DNA of 64,000 bases from Pseudomonadota bacterium (GTDB lineage: Bacteria; Pseudomonadota; Gammaproteobacteria; Ga0077536). The stretch covers positions 2,533 through 66,532 of the forward strand of contig JAYYOR010000005.1 of NCBI GenBank assembly GCA_036130055.1. Direction: 5' to 3'. Each line of letters begins with the position of its first letter. Positions within the stretch are counted from its first letter, which is position 1. Shown one piece after another: positions 62,888 through 64,000 of this stretch. Below the pieces are notes generated by a model. That model had not been told where the DNA came from. It worked only from the letters and a program-made list of their open reading frames with translations, and did no database searches. A program made the position numbers and the translations under genes.

Positions 62888-63821
62888 AATATCGCTCTAC
62901 ATCTAGCGCAGCCATACAACCCGTGCCAGCTGAAGTAATTGCTTGTCGATATACGGAATCAGCCACATCTCCTGCAGCAAAAACATTTTCTCTGCTTGTT
63001 TGAGTTTGAAAATGACCAGCTCCCTTATTAACAATTATGTAGCCGTCTGCCATTTCTAATTGGTCGGTAAATAATTTTGTGTTCGGTTCATGACCAATTG
63101 CCACAAACACACCATCTAGCATTATTTTTTTTATTTCATTCTCATTTTTATCTAAAACCTCGATCGATTTCACGATCTGGCCATCTCCAATTACCTCAAC
63201 TAATTCATGGTCCCAGAGAATATCTACGTTTCCCTTCGACTGCTTCTCAAATAATTTTTTAATCAATATCTTTTCAGCTCGTAAAGTATTTCTACGATGT
63301 ATAAGGATGACTTTGGCCGCAATATTCGACAAATAAAGTGCCTCCTCTACGGCGGTATTTCCTCCTCCGACAACAGCAACAACGGCTCCTTTGAAGAAAA
63401 ACCCATCACAAGTAGCACAAGCTGAAACACCTTTCCCTAGGTATGCTTTTTCAGACTCGAGCCCTAAATATTTCGCAGACGCCCCTGTCGCGACAATTAA
63501 AGTAGCTGCTGTATAAGATGAATTTTCTCCAAAAAGCTTCAAATTTTTATTTTGCAAATCAACAGATGTAATTGAATCATATACTATTTTAGTACCAAAC
63601 CTCTCCGCATGGTTTTTCATCCTGATCATTAATTCAGGGCCTTGAACCCCTTTGTCGTCGCCTGGCCAATTGTCCACATCTGTAGTCGTTGTCATTTGGC
63701 CGCCAACCTCAAGACCAGTTATTAACAAAGGTTCCAGGGCAGCCCTGGCGGCATAAACTGCCGCGGTGTAACCAGCCGGGCCAGAACCCAAAATAATCAC
63801 TTTCTCTATTTTATTATCCAT
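62871..63821 (-). CDS. trxB: Thioredoxin-disulfide reductase
   Basis: FAD motif ([12 protein letters not shown]), the redox-active CATCDG motif, and an NADPH motif ([12 protein letters not shown]). Confidence 0.9.
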   Translation of the reverse strand: MDNKIEKVIILGSGPAGYTAAVYAARAALEPLLITGLEVGGQMTTTTDVDNWPGDDKGVQGPELMIRMKNHAERFGTKIVYDSITSVDLQNKNLKLFGENSSYTAATLIVATGASAKYLGLESEKAYLGKGVSACATCDGFFFKGAVVAVVGGGNTAVEEALYLSNIAAKVILIHRRNTLRAEKILIKKLFEKQSKGNVDILWDHELVEVIGDGQIVKSIEVLDKNENEIKKIMLDGVFVAIGHEPNTKLFTDQLEMADGYIIVNKGAGHFQTQTSRENVFAAGDVADSVYRQAITSAGTGCMAALDVERYFESKA

Positions 63822-63849
63822 ATTTAATAATCTTTCCTTCTCCCAACTA

Positions 63850-64000
63850 TCTTGGTCTCTCGTTTCCTATAGTCACGCGTAAGAGGAGCCTGTCATAGCC
63901 ATCATATCCACCCTCTGCTCTATGTATTACCCGCCTATTATCCCAAATCACCAAAAAGCCGTCATCCCAATTTAATTTAAACTGATACCTAGGAGCAGTG
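63850..64000 (-). CDS. C-terminal fragment of a TauD/TfdA-family Fe(II)/2-oxoglutarate dioxygenase; the gene begins beyond the window end.
   Basis: Reverse-strand translation gives …[46 protein letters not shown]. The WDNRxxxHRA motif is characteristic of the TauD/TfdA C-terminus. Stop codon at 63847-63849. Confidence 0.5.

Overview
This is a low-GC, AT-rich, very tightly packed bacterial chromosome segment. Gene order (pntAB; nnr-tsaE-amiC-miaA-hfq-hflXKC-hisZ-purA; ffs-dnaX-recR; serA-serC) fits a streamlined marine gammaproteobacterium, and I could not place it more precisely than that. About 58 protein genes are called. I found no transposases, integrases, CRISPR arrays, rRNA or tRNA genes.

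Two kinds of content are interleaved.

(1) Conserved housekeeping blocks: folD (partial), pntAB, htpX, serA/serC, purA, hisZ, hflCKX, hfq, miaA, amiC-like, tsaE, nnr, orn, recR, dnaX, trxB. A likely SRP RNA (ffs) lies unannotated upstream of dnaX.

(2) Accessory, catabolic-looking islands. These hold four luciferase-like (LLM) flavin oxidoreductases, CoA-transferase subunits, a Mo-bisPGD oxidoreductase, and hydantoinase/oxoprolinase (acetone-carboxylase family) subunits HyuB and HyuA encoded about 47 kb apart. They also hold a long minus-strand operon (HAD, LLM, hypothetical, acyl-CoA dehydrogenase, acyl-CoA synthetase, MFS, VOC), a Tat-exported nitroreductase-like protein, and a GST-TusA-NUDIX trio.

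The most unusual element is a tight plus-strand operon at 17994-25010. It encodes an SDR dehydrogenase, a NorQ/CbbQ-type MoxR AAA+ ATPase, a NorD/CbbO-type VWA protein, and then an MCC-type biotin-dependent acyl-CoA carboxylase (biotin carboxylase-BCCP alpha followed by carboxyltransferase beta). A Rubisco-/NOR-activase-like AAA+/VWA pair wired to a biotin carboxylase is not a partnership I recognise as described.

A solitary error-prone polymerase gene, dnaE2, lacks imuA/imuB and sits 23 nt downstream of a perfect LexA SOS box.

All calls rest on motif and family recognition by eye plus gene context. No database searches were run.
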